Made by a program: the position numbers and the translations under genes. A DNA stretch of 64,000 nucleotides, taken from Tubiluchus corallicola. Its lineage: Eukaryota; Animalia; Priapulida. The stretch spans positions 62,001 through 126,000 of the forward strand of contig JAQGDQ010000558.1 of NCBI GenBank assembly GCA_030141605.1. Direction: 5' to 3'. How positions within the stretch are numbered: position 1 is the first letter of the stretch; each line of letters begins with the position of its first letter. Shown piece by piece: positions 1 through 12,719 of the stretch. A model generated the notes under the pieces. That model did no database searches, was not told the DNA's origin, and was given only the letters and a program-made list of their open reading frames with translations.

Positions 1-534
1 ACACAGTTCAGATATTGTCATATAACAACAAAAACATTCTAAATTACATATATAAAAATTATTGTTGCTATTATTGTTTTATTGTTTTCTGCAATTTAAA
101 GAAATATTATTGTTCTGTGTGATAATAAATTGTGATAAGGAGGTTAATCACCAGGCGATGAATTATTAGCAAATTTATCCTTTGGTGATCAATATTGATC
201 AGAATTATCATCCATGCAGTTGCAATAGCATGGAATGGATCAGTGGCACTGTGGAGTTGGCACTTTCTTCTATCAAACCCCTTAGTTTATTAGTAGATAA
301 AATGTTCTTATATGCAGAAATGCCAAACAGTCAATCCCTTTCTGCAACGATACTTTTTTAGTTCTGCCACACCGATTGGATGAAACTTTCTGGAAATAAT
401 CTTTCTTACCACAGGTGATGGCTTTTAACTAGCGTATAGTGCACTTTCTGGAACGATTTTGGTTTGGAACTGCTTTCATGTTGTTTTGCAATATCTCACC
501 TTTTGCTTCAGGCACTATCCTTTTTGCTTCATCT

Positions 535-611
535 CATCTCTCTCTCTCTCACTCTTTCTCCCCCCTCTCTCTCTCTCTTGCTCTCTTTCTCTCTCTCACT
601 CTTTCTCCCTC

Positions 612-653
<42 letters not shown>

Positions 654-662
654 TTCTCTCCC

Positions 663-695
<33 letters not shown>

Positions 696-696
696 G
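535..696. repeat. (CT)n microsatellite
   Basis: Imperfect CT run. It explains the spurious SL/ER-repeat ORFs. Confidence 0.95.
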
Positions 697-699
697 CTT

Positions 700-1820
700 T
701 TGATAGAGTAAATTACTATAAACTGTTTTTAAATCTAACAAATACTGATTTTCCAAATATTGTTATTCGTTTACTGACGTTTTACAAAATACCCCTTGTT
801 AGTAAGATGGGGTAATTTTAATTCTGTAACGTTTAGGGTCGGAAATGGGGTTCGTCAAGGCGCTAAAATGTCGCCTATTTTGTTTAATCAATACTTTCGG
901 GACTTAAGCATTGGTCCTACATCAAGCAATCTTGGCTGCCCAATTGGAAATACGTACGTCAATCACTTGATGTTTGCAGACGATGGATGTTTGTTAGCTT
1001 CAACTACATCAGCTTTACAAACTCTAGCGAATACGTAAGTCCCGCTACACTGACAAACATGACATGGTAAATGTTGAAAAAACGAAAGTTCTAAGCATTA
1101 CAACCCCCCCCCCCGCAGTATGGGCCAGTTCATTTTTGGATCTATTACTGTAGCTGGTAGCGTAATTCATCCGTGCGAAACGGAGAAGTATCTTGGCCAC
1201 ATAATTTCTAAAGATAATAGAGATGACATTGACATTATTAGGCACAGAAATATTTACTATGTTAGAGCAAACAGTATCTTGAGAAAATTTTATCATTGTA
1301 CAAATAGCATTAGAACTCGCTTGTTCAATTCGTATTGTAATTCATTCTATGGTATGGCAATGTGGCGGCATTTTTGTAACTACAATTTAACTAAACTTAA
1401 AGTAGCTCATAACATCTCTAACGGAAACTTTTCACTTATTCATACGATGAGAGTGCTAGAATAATTCCAGTAAATCATAATGTTACATACTTTGACGTTA
1501 TACACAGGAAAATGGCTTACAGTTTGTACATGAGAGTATTGTGTAGTACAAATTCATTAATTAAAGCTTTAACTGAAAGTGAAGTGGCTTACACTTCTGA
1601 GATTACAAGACAGTGGAGGATCTTGTTATATTGTAATTATAGTTAGGCACTTTTTGGTGCTAAGCATCACTGGATAATTCATCTTTATCTTTTGTGTATG
1701 CTGTATGTAATGTTGTAGATATCGTGTAATTGGGGTGCATGTATTTTTCATGTTTGTTTTTTATTTTGTGCGTGTAAATATGAATTTTGATTTGAAATAA
1801 GGCATTAAATCAAATCAAAT
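700..1820 (+). mobile_element. 5'-truncated, frameshifted non-LTR retrotransposon (RT domain to 3' tail; RTE-X/L2-like)
   Basis: ORF pieces GNGVRQGAKMSPILFNQYF, YVNHLMFADDGCLLAS (YADD-type RT motif) and EKYLGHIIS. Ends in AAATAA plus an (AAATC)n tail at ~1795-1820. Confidence 0.9.
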
Positions 1821-2439
1821 CTCTCTATCTTTTCTCTCCTACTCCCTCTCTCTTGCATCCAGAAATATAATTAACAATTATGAATCTATGCTTAATTTGG
1901 ACTACTTGATTTATGAATCTCCAGCACAGTCGTACAACAATACAAAAGTCTATTTAGAACAATTGATATAAAAGTACTTATTAACTGCACTCTCTCCTTT
2001 CTTACTAAGTAAGTGATTATGTCTAGAAGAAAATTGCCACAAAATACGACAAATTATTCTTACTTATTAAGATAAAGCTTTAAAAATTATGTTATTAATT
2101 GCCATTTGAATTTTGGCATTCTCAGACATGAAACGTTTGTTTTCAACATTGAAATTATTTTTTTAAACGTACCTTGAGACTGCGTGCCTGAATTGTATTA
2201 GAATTTTGACTTTTTTTCTGAGCCTTAGTTGACTTGGTACTTCCAATCCATGTGAGTGTAAGGAATTCTTCGTATATGTATACTACAACATTTCCGTGTA
2301 CAGGCGAAGCCACGAAGAAGCACTGAAGCATTTTCTTTAATTGTTATGCTCACTCCTGCTTTAATGAGTAGCTGCATTTTGTTTCTGTTATAGGGGTACA
2401 TTGAAAAGTAAAGAATGTAAAGTGGGTACTATTACGCTA

Positions 2440-3260
2440 AGTGTTTATTTTTTTATTTATTATTATCACATTCAGTACAATATAATGACATTAAGCACAC
2501 AGTTACATCAAAATTATTACATCATACTGTATTAAATTCTTATATTTCATACACTATCGTTATCATAAAAGAATAATTGTACTGCAGTGGGCTAGAGAAG
2601 CAAAGGCTTGTATAAGCCCACTGTCATGTGAACCCGATAAAAAAAGAATGGATGAGTGAACAAAAAAAAGAACTGGGGGAAAGGTTAGATCACACAGGAA
2701 GGGTAGAAGGATGTGTTAGTGGAAATGGTAGGAAGAAAGATAATAGATTGTGCTATGTTGACATCAGCTCTAAAGATTTATCAATGATGTCTTGTTTTGC
2801 ATCAGTACCAGGATTGTGGTATGACTGCTGCAGTAGGTGTGGGAAATTAGGAAGTATTGTACTTGTTGAGGATCATTGCTCTGTATTTCTTTTTAAATTT
2901 TTGAATTGGCTGAACAGTTTTTAATTCATCATTTATGTCATTCCAAAGCCTTGATAGTGTGCCATCTTACCAGGTAATAATGATCATCTTGTGATGTGCT
3001 GGTATTATCTGCACTTTTAATGAATGTGGTCATACGATTTGCATGTAAACGGATAGGCACAGTCATTGTTTCTCATACAACTTCATGTTGAGCATTTCAT
3101 TGCAAGCAAGAGGAGGAAAATCATTTCCGTTCATCTCAGTACCTAGAATGGTTTTACCTGCAAGTCCATGAAAAGCAGGGCTTTCACCCAGGTAATCTGT
3201 TCAAGGACTTTCTTCGCAATGGCATAGCATACAGGAAGGAACGTATCGTGAAATGTCATC
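2440..3260 (-). mobile_element. LINE (CR1/L2 group) 3' fragment
   Basis: The minus strand has a 3' stem-loop (CAGTGGGCT...AGCCCACTG) and an A-rich tail. 2440-2745 is nearly identical to 29210-29512 in the opposite orientation. Confidence 0.7.
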
Positions 3261-3419
3261 ATGGTTACCTCAAGACATAGAATTTTGAAAATAAAGGAAA
3301 CAAAAACTTACATGCAAATTTCCAAAAATATTAAATTAGTAATAATATATTATTGTCTTCCTTTATCGCAGTGTCTCAGCGGGTAACTCTATAAGCAGTA
3401 TTTTCTTGCAAAATTAGAT

Positions 3420-3725
3420 TTACCTTACCTTAGACCTTAGTCCTTCCTGCGCATTGATGCACATTGGGCAGACAGCATTTTCCACTGAGTTCTATCGGCG
3501 GCTTCGTTCTCTACGTTTTCCCAACGTATGTTGACAGCTCGAAGGTCTTCTTTGAAGGATCTGCGCCACGTTGTTTTTGGCCGACCTCTTTTTCGTTTCC
3601 CACCAGGTGGTTCCCACTGTACTGCTGTTTTGGCGTAACGACTTTCTGATAGACGGAGAATATGTCCAGCCAGTTTCATTCTTCTCTCTGTAACTATATC
3701 TTGTAACCGCAATGACTGCGCTCGT
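3420..3725 (-). mobile_element. RTE-clade LINE 3' end
   Basis: RRMKLAGHILRL...WEPPGGKRKRGRPKTTWRR is typical of the RTE ORF C-terminus. A short TAAGG-repeat tail follows the stop. Confidence 0.85.
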
Positions 3726-3732
3726 TGAAGAA

Positions 3733-4200
3733 ATTAGATTTAAGATTAGATTTAATAGATTTATTTCGCAATAAACATATACATATACATTACATGTGCA
3801 TCGATAATCAGTTTTTGTTAATACAAAAATATGATACAATTCATGAATTCTGCGCTAGAGACCTAAGAAGCTAGCTTATGGTAGGCCACTAGAATTAGTT
3901 ATGAAAAAAATTGCAATATATACAGATATATATATATAGGTGGGAAGTAATAAAAATATTATTATACTGGAGGGGAAATTTTTGAAAATGAAAAACAACA
4001 AATCATGATGGAGTGATCAGTTATATGTTTCAAGTAAGTTAAATTTATAATTTTTTTATGTCAGGCATTTTGTCTTTTGTTATGGAAAAAACACAAACAA
4101 TGTTTAAATGTTTACGTACCACACTGTATAGCCAAGTGGTTCGTCAGTGTAGATGCACGGAAGAAAGCGAGTTAAGTTAGTCTGTGTAACATTTATACAT
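3733..4200 (-). mobile_element. Degraded LINE 3' end
   Basis: Minus-strand AATAAA plus an (AATCT)-type tail at 3733-3770, and a short 3' hairpin near 3860-3890. Confidence 0.45.
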
Positions 4201-4240
4201 TAGAGAGTTGACTATGGTGGAAGTGTTGAGATGGCATTAA

Positions 4241-4922
4241 AGGACAAGAAAAGGGGTACCTGAAGTAGGTTTCAGAAAAATCGCCTTAAAAAATTATATT
4301 ACTTTATAGCATTTTTATGCACATATCTTACTCGCATTGGAAGGAATTGTTGTTTGTTTTCATTTTAAACTTCCTGCAGCATTGTTCCAAAGTTGCCATT
4401 GTATGACGTCACTTATGCAAACGTAATGGGGGGGGGGAGAAAAGGCAATGTTAAACTATGTTCCAAAAAACTTTCTATCCAAAGCTATTTTACTTATCAT
4501 TTCCCTTACTTACTTGAAAAACTTGTGTAACTACAAAAGAAAATTATTAATTATTTAAATTGCTTTCACCAATTGATAACATGTCACTGACCTCAAGGGT
4601 GCACCACTTACTAACCAAAAATGTATTTTTAATCTTATTGACAAGTTACAGTAATTTTTTAAATTTTACTTAGTTATTGATGTGTGCACCACAAATGCTC
4701 TGATTATTTTTCAAACTTTACAAAATGTTATCTAAACTTGTTTCAAATGACCTGTCAACAAAATGGCTGCGTCCAACGGTTATTGCCGGAGTTTAAATTT
4801 ACATGTTTTATACAGCGTGCTTACCGATTGAAGTCCTGTATGTCAAAAGGCAGTAAGCAAGTGATGTAAAATTTCAAGCCGAATTTTTTAAGCTTTATGT
4901 TTATGAAGAGTTTTCTTGTGCT
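4241..4922. mobile_element. Kolobok-like non-autonomous DNA transposon
   Basis: TTAA|AGGACAAGAAAA ... TTTTCTTGTGCT|TTAA: imperfect TIR with TTAA flanks. The interior is similar to 10060-10530. Confidence 0.7.
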
Positions 4923-6519
4923 TTAAGCAGAGTGTAGCAACATAATTAATGTATTTTATATTATACTAACAGTTCAGCCAGGAACAGTGATTATTGTGCA
5001 AAACATCCACTTTCAGTAGCCAATTTATAACCAGAGTTCCTAGCCTTTGTCCAGGAAATTCATGTTCACAAACAGGCACACTCCTATCTGAATATATGTA
5101 GTATGCCTAACCAACTCTGAACTACGACAGTAAACTCAGAAAAATTACAGGTGACAAACAAACTGTAAGGCACTACGCTTACGACAGTTGTCTTCGATGC
5201 GCAAACTAGACAACGATATTTTGTAACAGGTTTCTATTATCTGATAGAATAGGCTTTTCTAGTGCTTTGATAAAAGTGCCATCCTCTGAAAAGTGTCATC
5301 CTTGTTGCCCAAGTTTATACTACTCACTATACCTACTGTTGCTCGTGTTGTTTTGAGCAGCCATAAGTTCACTCACTTCATTGATGTTCCCTAGATGGGA
5401 TGTGTATCTTACAGAAGTAGCCAAGAATAACTTGAAAAAAGTGGGATTCCTGTTTCTTACTCAGAAACATTAAATTTTACCTAACTCCAAATTCCTCTAC
5501 TTTAGATTCATTGATCAAATATCTGTCCTTGCAAAGGCTAAATGTACTGGAAATCTGGCATTGGCGCACTTTGCAGCATCCACTTGTTGTTGGCTTTGGC
5601 CACCTTGTGGTGATTTTTTGGCCTGGACAAGTGATCAGTTTGATCGGTGTCAGAGGCGTGTGAAGTGAGGACGTGTCATGGTGGGTTGATTAAATGTTGT
5701 CCTTATCTGTTGCAATTGCTTATGATTTGGGGCTAAAAAACGTATGTATATACTCAAATTACTTTATAAAATTTAAATTTACTATAAGATAACAGCTATT
5801 TATTGATTAATGCGACGGTGCAGTATGAAACTCTGAATTATGTAAAATTGACTTTTGGCTAGTGTTATTTATTTTTTGTCATTTGTTTATGGTTTTGTTT
5901 AGATGGAATGATATGTTTTGGTAAATAAAGAGGGAAGAAGAGCAAAATGTAATCTAGCTTCAAATTTGGTTTTGAAAGCCCAAACACTAAACAAAGCCAC
6001 ATCTAGACTCGTTCTCCAGTCTGTTACCTCAACCTAATAAGTTAAAAAATTGTATTATTCATGTCACATTGGCAGACAATTCTTGCTCATTGAAGGTCTC
6101 TTTTTATAAACAAGTTTTTCAGGATCTCTTCTTTAATCTCTGAATGCTGGCAGTTTGTTTAGAGTTCCTTTTAGTTTTCATTTTGGTACTCAAAAGTTTC
6201 ATAGATGCTAGCTGCTTATAATTCCAGCTGTTTTTCCTTTGTTGTCCTTTCTGTGGAACTTTGCCTGAAATTTGTTTTCCGTGGTAGCTAAAAATACTTG
6301 CTTCAAGAAGAATATCAGTCAACTGATACCACTTATCAAATTACTTTCAAGAGCTCTATCTTGCCATACATGTAACATGATATTAATATTTTCATTTTCT
6401 GACTATATCACCTACTACAAGTACACATGACCTTGTTTGCGACAATTTATATAAGAAAGTACAATTTAGCAATGTGAATTTGGTGTCTTTTCTAACATTA
6501 CATTGTTAAGAATTGTGTG

Positions 6520-6544
6520 AAATAACTGTTTTTTTATTGTTTAG
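6520..6544 (+). promoter_or_regulatory. Splice acceptor 12 nt upstream of the YIPF5 ATG
   Basis: ATAAC-TGTTTTTTTATTGTTTAG|GATAATTACAAAATG. Confidence 0.75.
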
Positions 6545-6556
6545 GATAATTACAAA

Positions 6557-7348
6557 ATGTCGGGTGGATATTCTCATCAACAAGGGGAATTTTATGATCC
6601 TAACTATGCAGATTGGCAACATAGCCAAGCACAATACAACATGGGTGGGAATGAGGCTTTTCCTGTAGGTCAAGTAGGTGCAGAGTTTGGCACTTTCAAT
6701 TATGAGGAAGGTTACGATCAAAGCTATGACCAAGGTTTCACTTCACCAGGAACGACTGATTCAGGAAGTTACACTGGGCGTATCATGACTCCTGCACCAC
6801 CCACTTCCTTTGATCAGGCTCTGAATAATTTCGAAGACGAGCCGCCTCTTTTGGAAGAATTGGGAATAAATTTTGAACACATTTATCAGAAAACGCTTGC
6901 AGTGCTGAACCCGGTAAAGCAAACTGAAGCTGGTATAATTAATGACACAGATTTGGCTGGACCACTGGTGTTTTGTCTTGCATTTGGTGCAAGTTTGTTA
7001 TTCCATGGTAAAGTACAATTTGGCTATATATACGGCATTGGAGGCCTCGGTTGTGTTTCGATGTACACTCTGTTAAACTTGATGTCACTGACTAGCGTGT
7101 CTATCTACTGTATAATGAGCGTTCTTGGTTACTGTCTTCTGCCGATGACAATACTGTCATTTAGTTCTCTTGTGATTTCCCTGCAAGGTTTGCTTGGAGT
7201 GTTTATGACAGGCATTGTGGTGTTTTGGTGCAGCATAGCAGCAGCAAAGCTATTTGTTTCCGCATTGTCTATGGATCATCAGTTACTCCTGGTGGCTTAC
7301 CCATGTGCATTGTTGTATGGAGTCTTTGCATTGCTAACAATTTTTTAA
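6557..7348 (+). CDS. YIPF5: Protein YIPF5 (Yip1A), single coding exon, 263 aa
   Basis: Intact ORF with [47 protein letters not shown] and [25 protein letters not shown] at 7583 and 7619. Confidence 0.96.
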   Translation: MSGGYSHQQGEFYDPNYADWQHSQAQYNMGGNEAFPVGQVGAEFGTFNYEEGYDQSYDQGFTSPGTTDSGSYTGRIMTPAPPTSFDQALNNFEDEPPLLEELGINFEHIYQKTLAVLNPVKQTEAGIINDTDLAGPLVFCLAFGASLLFHGKVQFGYIYGIGGLGCVSMYTLLNLMSLTSVSIYCIMSVLGYCLLPMTILSFSSLVISLQGLLGVFMTGIVVFWCSIAAAKLFVSALSMDHQLLLVAYPCALLYGVFALLTIF

Positions 7349-9019
7349 TATTTTGTAATATAAGTTTATGTGACCCGGTTTTTCATATTAATGACCAAAC
7401 TAATTATTTTTCTTGGAGAGTGTTTAAGATCAAGTATATGCAGTTTATCACTGCAAAGCTTCTGTTATAGCAAATTACACTTTTCTGGTTTCTTTAGAAA
7501 GAAATGAATAGCTTTGGAGCAGCTAGGATCTGGGAGGTGATGTAAATTCATGGTTAACGAGCAAGTACACATGTAGTTGGTTAATAAAAACTGTTAGGAC
7601 AAATATTTATTGCTATCTAATAAAATTAGTATTAATTATTATAATGCTTTCTTGTTTAGCAGACTAACTGTTGGAATGGAAATATAATAATCGATCAACC
7701 AGATACTATCTCACTGTGTTCTTATCATACACACTCCCTCTCCCTCGTTTCTGTGCGTTTTCTCTTTCTCTATTGCTTACTCTACATCAGCAATAATTGC
7801 AGGAATGGCTCAGCAAATTTATTAATTATTGCTGTTTTTAGTGTCATAGTGCATTTAATTTGTTATATAATTTTGTCACTTGAAGGACAGAATGATGATA
7901 AAAAGTTTGGGAATGCGCATTCCTATTTGGTGCATAGAACATAGACAATGTGAGAATTCAAATGTGAGGTGCACGAAAATACTAAACAACAATTAGAAGA
8001 AGTACCATATTGCCGGACCAACTTTCCAGGTCACGATGATGAGGTGTCATGTGCAGTAATTTCATTAAACGTCTTTTAAATTTTCGCATTCAATCTTTTT
8101 TGCAAATTTCGATAAGTTGAAAACTACAGGTAATTAAATGATAAGTTGTCACAGTTTCAGGTATTTTAACAAAATATGAATATATGTAATTCAGAAAGTA
8201 TGGCCGGGAGGTTTTGGGCACCTTTAATACGGCTTTATTTTTTCAATGTGAAAAATGGTAATAATGCTCTTACGTTTTTTACAAGTGGTAGTTAAAACAC
8301 GATAGTTTGGATTGAATTGAAATTGAATTGACGTTATCGAGTTTGGAACAAACAGTATACCCGGCCAATGATTTTTAAAACTTTAATCACAATAATAGAC
8401 TGGCGAGACACCCTTTCTCAGTCAGTCCATTTTATACCTTTATCTTCGGGCTCTTCTTAAGGTGTAAACCTTATGTTGCCTATATATAAAACACTTGTAG
8501 ATAAAACATTTTCTCATATACAGATATTTAGTGGCTTTTCACTGGTGTTACATGTATGTGCATCTGAGCAGGTACAGTTATTTGTCAATGTTCTGTTTAC
8601 TGTCTCGGCTTCGATGGCTTCCTGTAGGAGCTTACTCCATTAATTGGTTTATCACTTTCCCGGAGAAGGAATTCGGGTTCAATCTATTTTTTTCTTGAAT
8701 GGCTTTTGTGTGTGCCCTTGGGGGCGTTCTCGTCTATTTAGCTTTTGTGGAAAAACTTTCAGCGGCAACGTTGATGTTGTTTATGATGTAGCACACTTTT
8801 GTCAGACTTCCTCTGATTCTAGTATAATGCAATCATGACCAGTCTAGAAACTTCAGTATTTCTGTGTAGGCTAGATCCTTTGTTTGTTTATTTTTATGTA
8901 ATTAGAAAATTACGCTCTGCAGTTTTGAATTGTTTTTATTCGATTTTTAATATTTGCTTTTTGAGTAGGCGTAGGTAGCAATGATGAGGGTTGATTTCTG
9001 AGTACACTTTAAGCACATA

Positions 9020-9848
9020 CAGTCTAGCCTCGTTATCTCGCCACTGTCCGTCTAGGGCAAATTTTTGGCGAGAGGCGAGTATGGCGAGATAACGGGAATA
9101 TAACGAAATTAGTCTATGTGTCTATACTTAATAGTTGATTAACATAGTGTTCCTCTATGTACATATAAAATATATTTTGCATTATGATACCAATCAGCAT
9201 TAAATCAGAAATGAAAAAATGTCATAAAAATAATCTTAGAATGTTACTTTTTTATTTAAAAAACCTTTTTCGAGTATACACTTAAATGCAATAAACTTAG
9301 CAAAAGATTTAGAAATGTTCACAAATGAGTTACTGACGACTGAAATAATTCAGAAGAGACGACTGTTTCATTGATGATACACGCAAGCAGTCAACGAAAC
9401 AGTTTTCGCTTCAGAGGCATCATGTAAAGTTGCTCACACTTTGTGGAAACTCAAACTTAAACGCAGCTTTGGTGTTATAGAGTAAGGATATCGGTGACGC
9501 TTTAGTTTCTCTGCGCATTAACCAACCACAGCACTCCTAATCTAATCCTGGTGAGACACACACTAGATTAATTATGTCTGTCTATCGAGTACAGCAGCAT
9601 TGTCTACATACCGCGGTTATATTGATCGACACGCGGTATATGTATTGATCGATTCACCTCTGAGTTTGTCTGTTTGGCGACATAACGAATATAGTTTACA
9701 TAAGCACTCATCCTAGCATGACGTGGCGAGAAGCGAGGGCGGCGACTTAACGAGGTAAATATCAAAGCAGGAAATCTGTCCTGGTACTTTCTATGGCGAG
9801 AGACGAGTTTGGCGGCATAACGAGGGGCGAGATAACGAGGCTAGACTG
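9020..9848. mobile_element. Tigger/pogo-like (Tc1/mariner) non-autonomous element
   Basis: TA|CAGTCTAGCCTCGTTATCTCGCC ... GGCGAGATAACGAGGCTAGACTG|TA perfect TIR. The minus strand retains MKQSSLLNYF, like a pogo transposase C-terminus. Confidence 0.92.
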
Positions 9849-10059
9849 TACTTTACATACATCGAAACCTTAACCTAAAAATAATGGAATAGTAAGCTCA
9901 AAATTGTGAAGAATTGTGCCAAAGTCGGCATAAAAGTTGTATTATCGTACATTAATGCAGTTTTCTAATGCACTTGCTACACAGAACTCTGTTTGAATAT
10001 ATTCTGTTCAGCAGTTATAAAACAGTTAACTGAGTTATGATTGTCAGCTTCATTCATAA

Positions 10060-10530
10060 ACTTTACATGACGTCACCGACGCATACGTAAATCGTGGGAA
10101 GAAAGGACAATGTTAAGTGATGTCCCATAAAACTTTTCATGCAAATCCATATTACTTTGCATTTCGCTTACCTGCTAGAAAGACTTATATAACGAAAAAG
10201 AAAATTATTTCCACCAATTGGTAAAATGTCGCTGACTCACCCTCCACTCACTAACCAAAAACGTATTTTTAATCTTGTTGGCAAGATGCAGTAATTTTGA
10301 ATTTTACTCACTTAGTGACGTGTGCACTACGAATGCTCTGATTATTTTTTCAAACTTTGCACAATGTCATCTAAACATTCAAATAACCTGTCGTCAAAAT
10401 GGCTACATCTAACAGTCATCGTAGGTGTTAGAAAATACATGTTTTGTACAGCGTTACTGCCGACTAAAGTCCAGTATGTAAAAACATAATATGGAAGTGA
10501 TATAAAATTTCGAAATGTATTCTTTCAGCT
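10060..10530. mobile_element. Diverged partial copy of the 4241-4922 element
   Basis: Collinear with 4400-4900, e.g. CTAACCAAAA.GTATTTTTAATCTT and AATGCTCTGATTATTTTT. Confidence 0.7.
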
Positions 10531-11324
10531 ATTATGTATAATCTATTTATCCTGTATGTTTAATATTATTGTGTAAAATCGACTCAGATATTATCAAGCA
10601 ACTGATTTGTGATGTGACGCTAATGATAAAAGAACTGACATAAAACCTCTTCATCATCATCATCATACGCCCGTCACATCTATTGTAGACATTGGGCGGA
10701 CAGAATTCTAAAATAAAAGAAATTTGCCTTCAGACAGGTAAACGCAGCAGTAATCCAGCAAAAAAAAACAGACACTGCTACGCCAGTTGTTTGTCAGCAC
10801 CACTTCCGAAAACTAAAACCTCTGTTTAACAGTTAATTATTTACTAAAACAAGTTTATTTAGGTAATATGGACATTGTGCGCAATACGTCTGTAGTTCCT
10901 AGAATCACCATTTTTTAATAAATTTGAAAAGTAAATACAACGAAGAATAAAAAAAACGCAAGTTAGAATATATCTTGTCTGGTAAATAAATCAGTATGTG
11001 TACGTAGCTCATTGCTTTTTTATACTTCTGTCAGTAGATATTTTTGAGACACTGTAAGCAGTCTTAAAAATTCGCACTTTTGGAAGAACATATCTGTTAA
11101 AGCATAGCTTCTTTGGTTCTTTAAACTCTCGCATCACATAAGATATGGCAAATTATTGATATTCATCTTGAGATGGCCGAGATTTTATGTTGATTGAACT
11201 AAAGTATTCTTGAAGTAGTATAAATAATACAAAACACGTGCATGCATCTGGTACTGATAAGTAAAAAAATACTAAGTAAGTACATGGAAAATTTTCACAT
11301 TCCCCGAAATCTGCTTTATCATGT

Positions 11325-11430
11325 AATAATAATAATATAATAATGATCTTCTTATTTATCTTGTAACACACGCACAGTTATAATACAATTAATTTGGAAA
11401 CAAAAATGTGAAGAAAGGGCAGCGAATGTA
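11325..11430 (-). mobile_element. Short LINE/SINE 3' end with (TTA)n tail
   Basis: Near-identical to 47540-47625. Confidence 0.7.
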
Positions 11431-11623
11431 TTATAGCAGCTTTGAAACAAAACAGGATTTTCCAAATTTAGTTAGTAGCAAGTTTTAAATGTAAACATTG
11501 AGGGACTTAATTTGTTCACCTTAAATGGAAAATTATTTTTTTATAAATAACACTTATGAACTGTGAAACTGATTAGATGAGCGTGCTTGGTGAACTAGTC
11601 TGGTGATAATGTCCAATCTTCTG

Positions 11624-12144
11624 CAGGGATGAGAATGACAAATTGCAAAAAACTCTGAAACAGGTTAGGGGTTTTGGGGCTGCCTAGGCCCCCAATGGGG
11701 TTGAGGGGCTCACCCCCTTGCAGCCAGCAACAAATTGCAATTTTGTGACTATAGAGAGCCTCTAAGTGGACTTGAAATATCAATTACCTTGTTTCATGCA
11801 TAATTTAAAATACCCAACTATCAAGGATACATGATACCTAATTGTCTCAAAAATGCCTAAGTACTGGCGGCTCCTATGCAAAAGTATATAAAAACTGTCT
11901 GCATTTGACTCAAATAACTCCGCACAATTGATTCTATATTTTTATACATAGAGATATACACGTGGTTACACTGATGTACGTGACGTAAACAAAGTGACGG
12001 CCTGCCAACTAGCGGTCAGCTTGTGAAATAATGTACTGGGTCCGTAAAAATTTTCTCCACAAATTTACGCGATTTACAAAAATGGCACTACTGCTCTTCC
12101 AAAAACTCGGAATTTCGCGTATCCGCGGAAAATTCTCATCCCTG
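11624..12144. mobile_element. hAT-like MITE
   Basis: TIR CAGGGATGAGAAT ... ATTCTCATCCCTG. No clean 8-bp TSD. Confidence 0.7.
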
Positions 12145-12269
12145 CTCTGTTTCTATGCCATGCTAATTTGTTACATATCATGACACAAGACATTAGTAGT
12201 GTTATGCAACTAACCAACTGTATAGAAATAGGCTATATTTAATGGTACATTTGAACATACGCCTTTTTA

Positions 12270-12294
12270 ACGTGTAATAATTTATGTTACCCAG
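12270..12294 (+). promoter_or_regulatory. Candidate splice acceptor 38 nt upstream of the MRPS6 ATG
   Basis: TAATAATTTATGTTACCCAG|GAGTG. Confidence 0.55.
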
Positions 12295-12332
12295 GAGTGT
12301 TTAGCTGGATAGTTTAAATTGAAGGCATCCAG

Positions 12333-12719
12333 ATGGCACCACAATACGAGCTGGCTGTAATACTGCGTGCAATGAGCAGGCCAGAAACAGCTGGAGTTCT
12401 GAAACGAACAGCCGAGGCGATAATGTCACGTGGCGGTTACATCGAGAAGCTAGAAAACCTTGGATTGAGGCAGCTGCCATATGCCATGAGGTGTCATGGA
12501 CAAAAACATAAACAGGGTCACTACTTCCTCATGCACTTTCACAGCCCGCCGACTATTATTGATGATCTTTTAGAGCAGTATCACAGAGACATAGATATTG
12601 TCAAGCCTACCATTTTTCTTGAAGATGATACAAAGGAGGAGCCACCAGAGTGTACGTTGGATGAAGAAATCAAGCCGCCTGCGTATCGAAAAGATTTATT
12701 GTCAAGTTTTAGAAAGTAA
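12333..12719 (+). CDS. MRPS6: Mitochondrial ribosomal protein bS6m (28S S6), single coding exon, 128 aa
   Basis: Intact ORF with MAPQYELAVILRAM, GGYIEKLENLGLRQLPY, GHYFLMHF, RDIDIVK and C-terminal CTLDEEIKPPAYRKD. Confidence 0.95.
   Translation: MAPQYELAVILRAMSRPETAGVLKRTAEAIMSRGGYIEKLENLGLRQLPYAMRCHGQKHKQGHYFLMHFHSPPTIIDDLLEQYHRDIDIVKPTIFLEDDTKEEPPECTLDEEIKPPAYRKDLLSSFRK

Noticed and set aside
8390-8900. Possible Penelope-like/GIY-YIG remnant on the minus strand (LQEAIEA)
   Set aside because: Too degraded. I could not read a continuous motif or terminal repeat.
4241-10530. Same Kolobok-like element upstream of both YIPF5 and MRPS6 as a shared promoter
   Set aside because: The copies are diverged and TE density is high, so coincidence is sufficient without TSS data.
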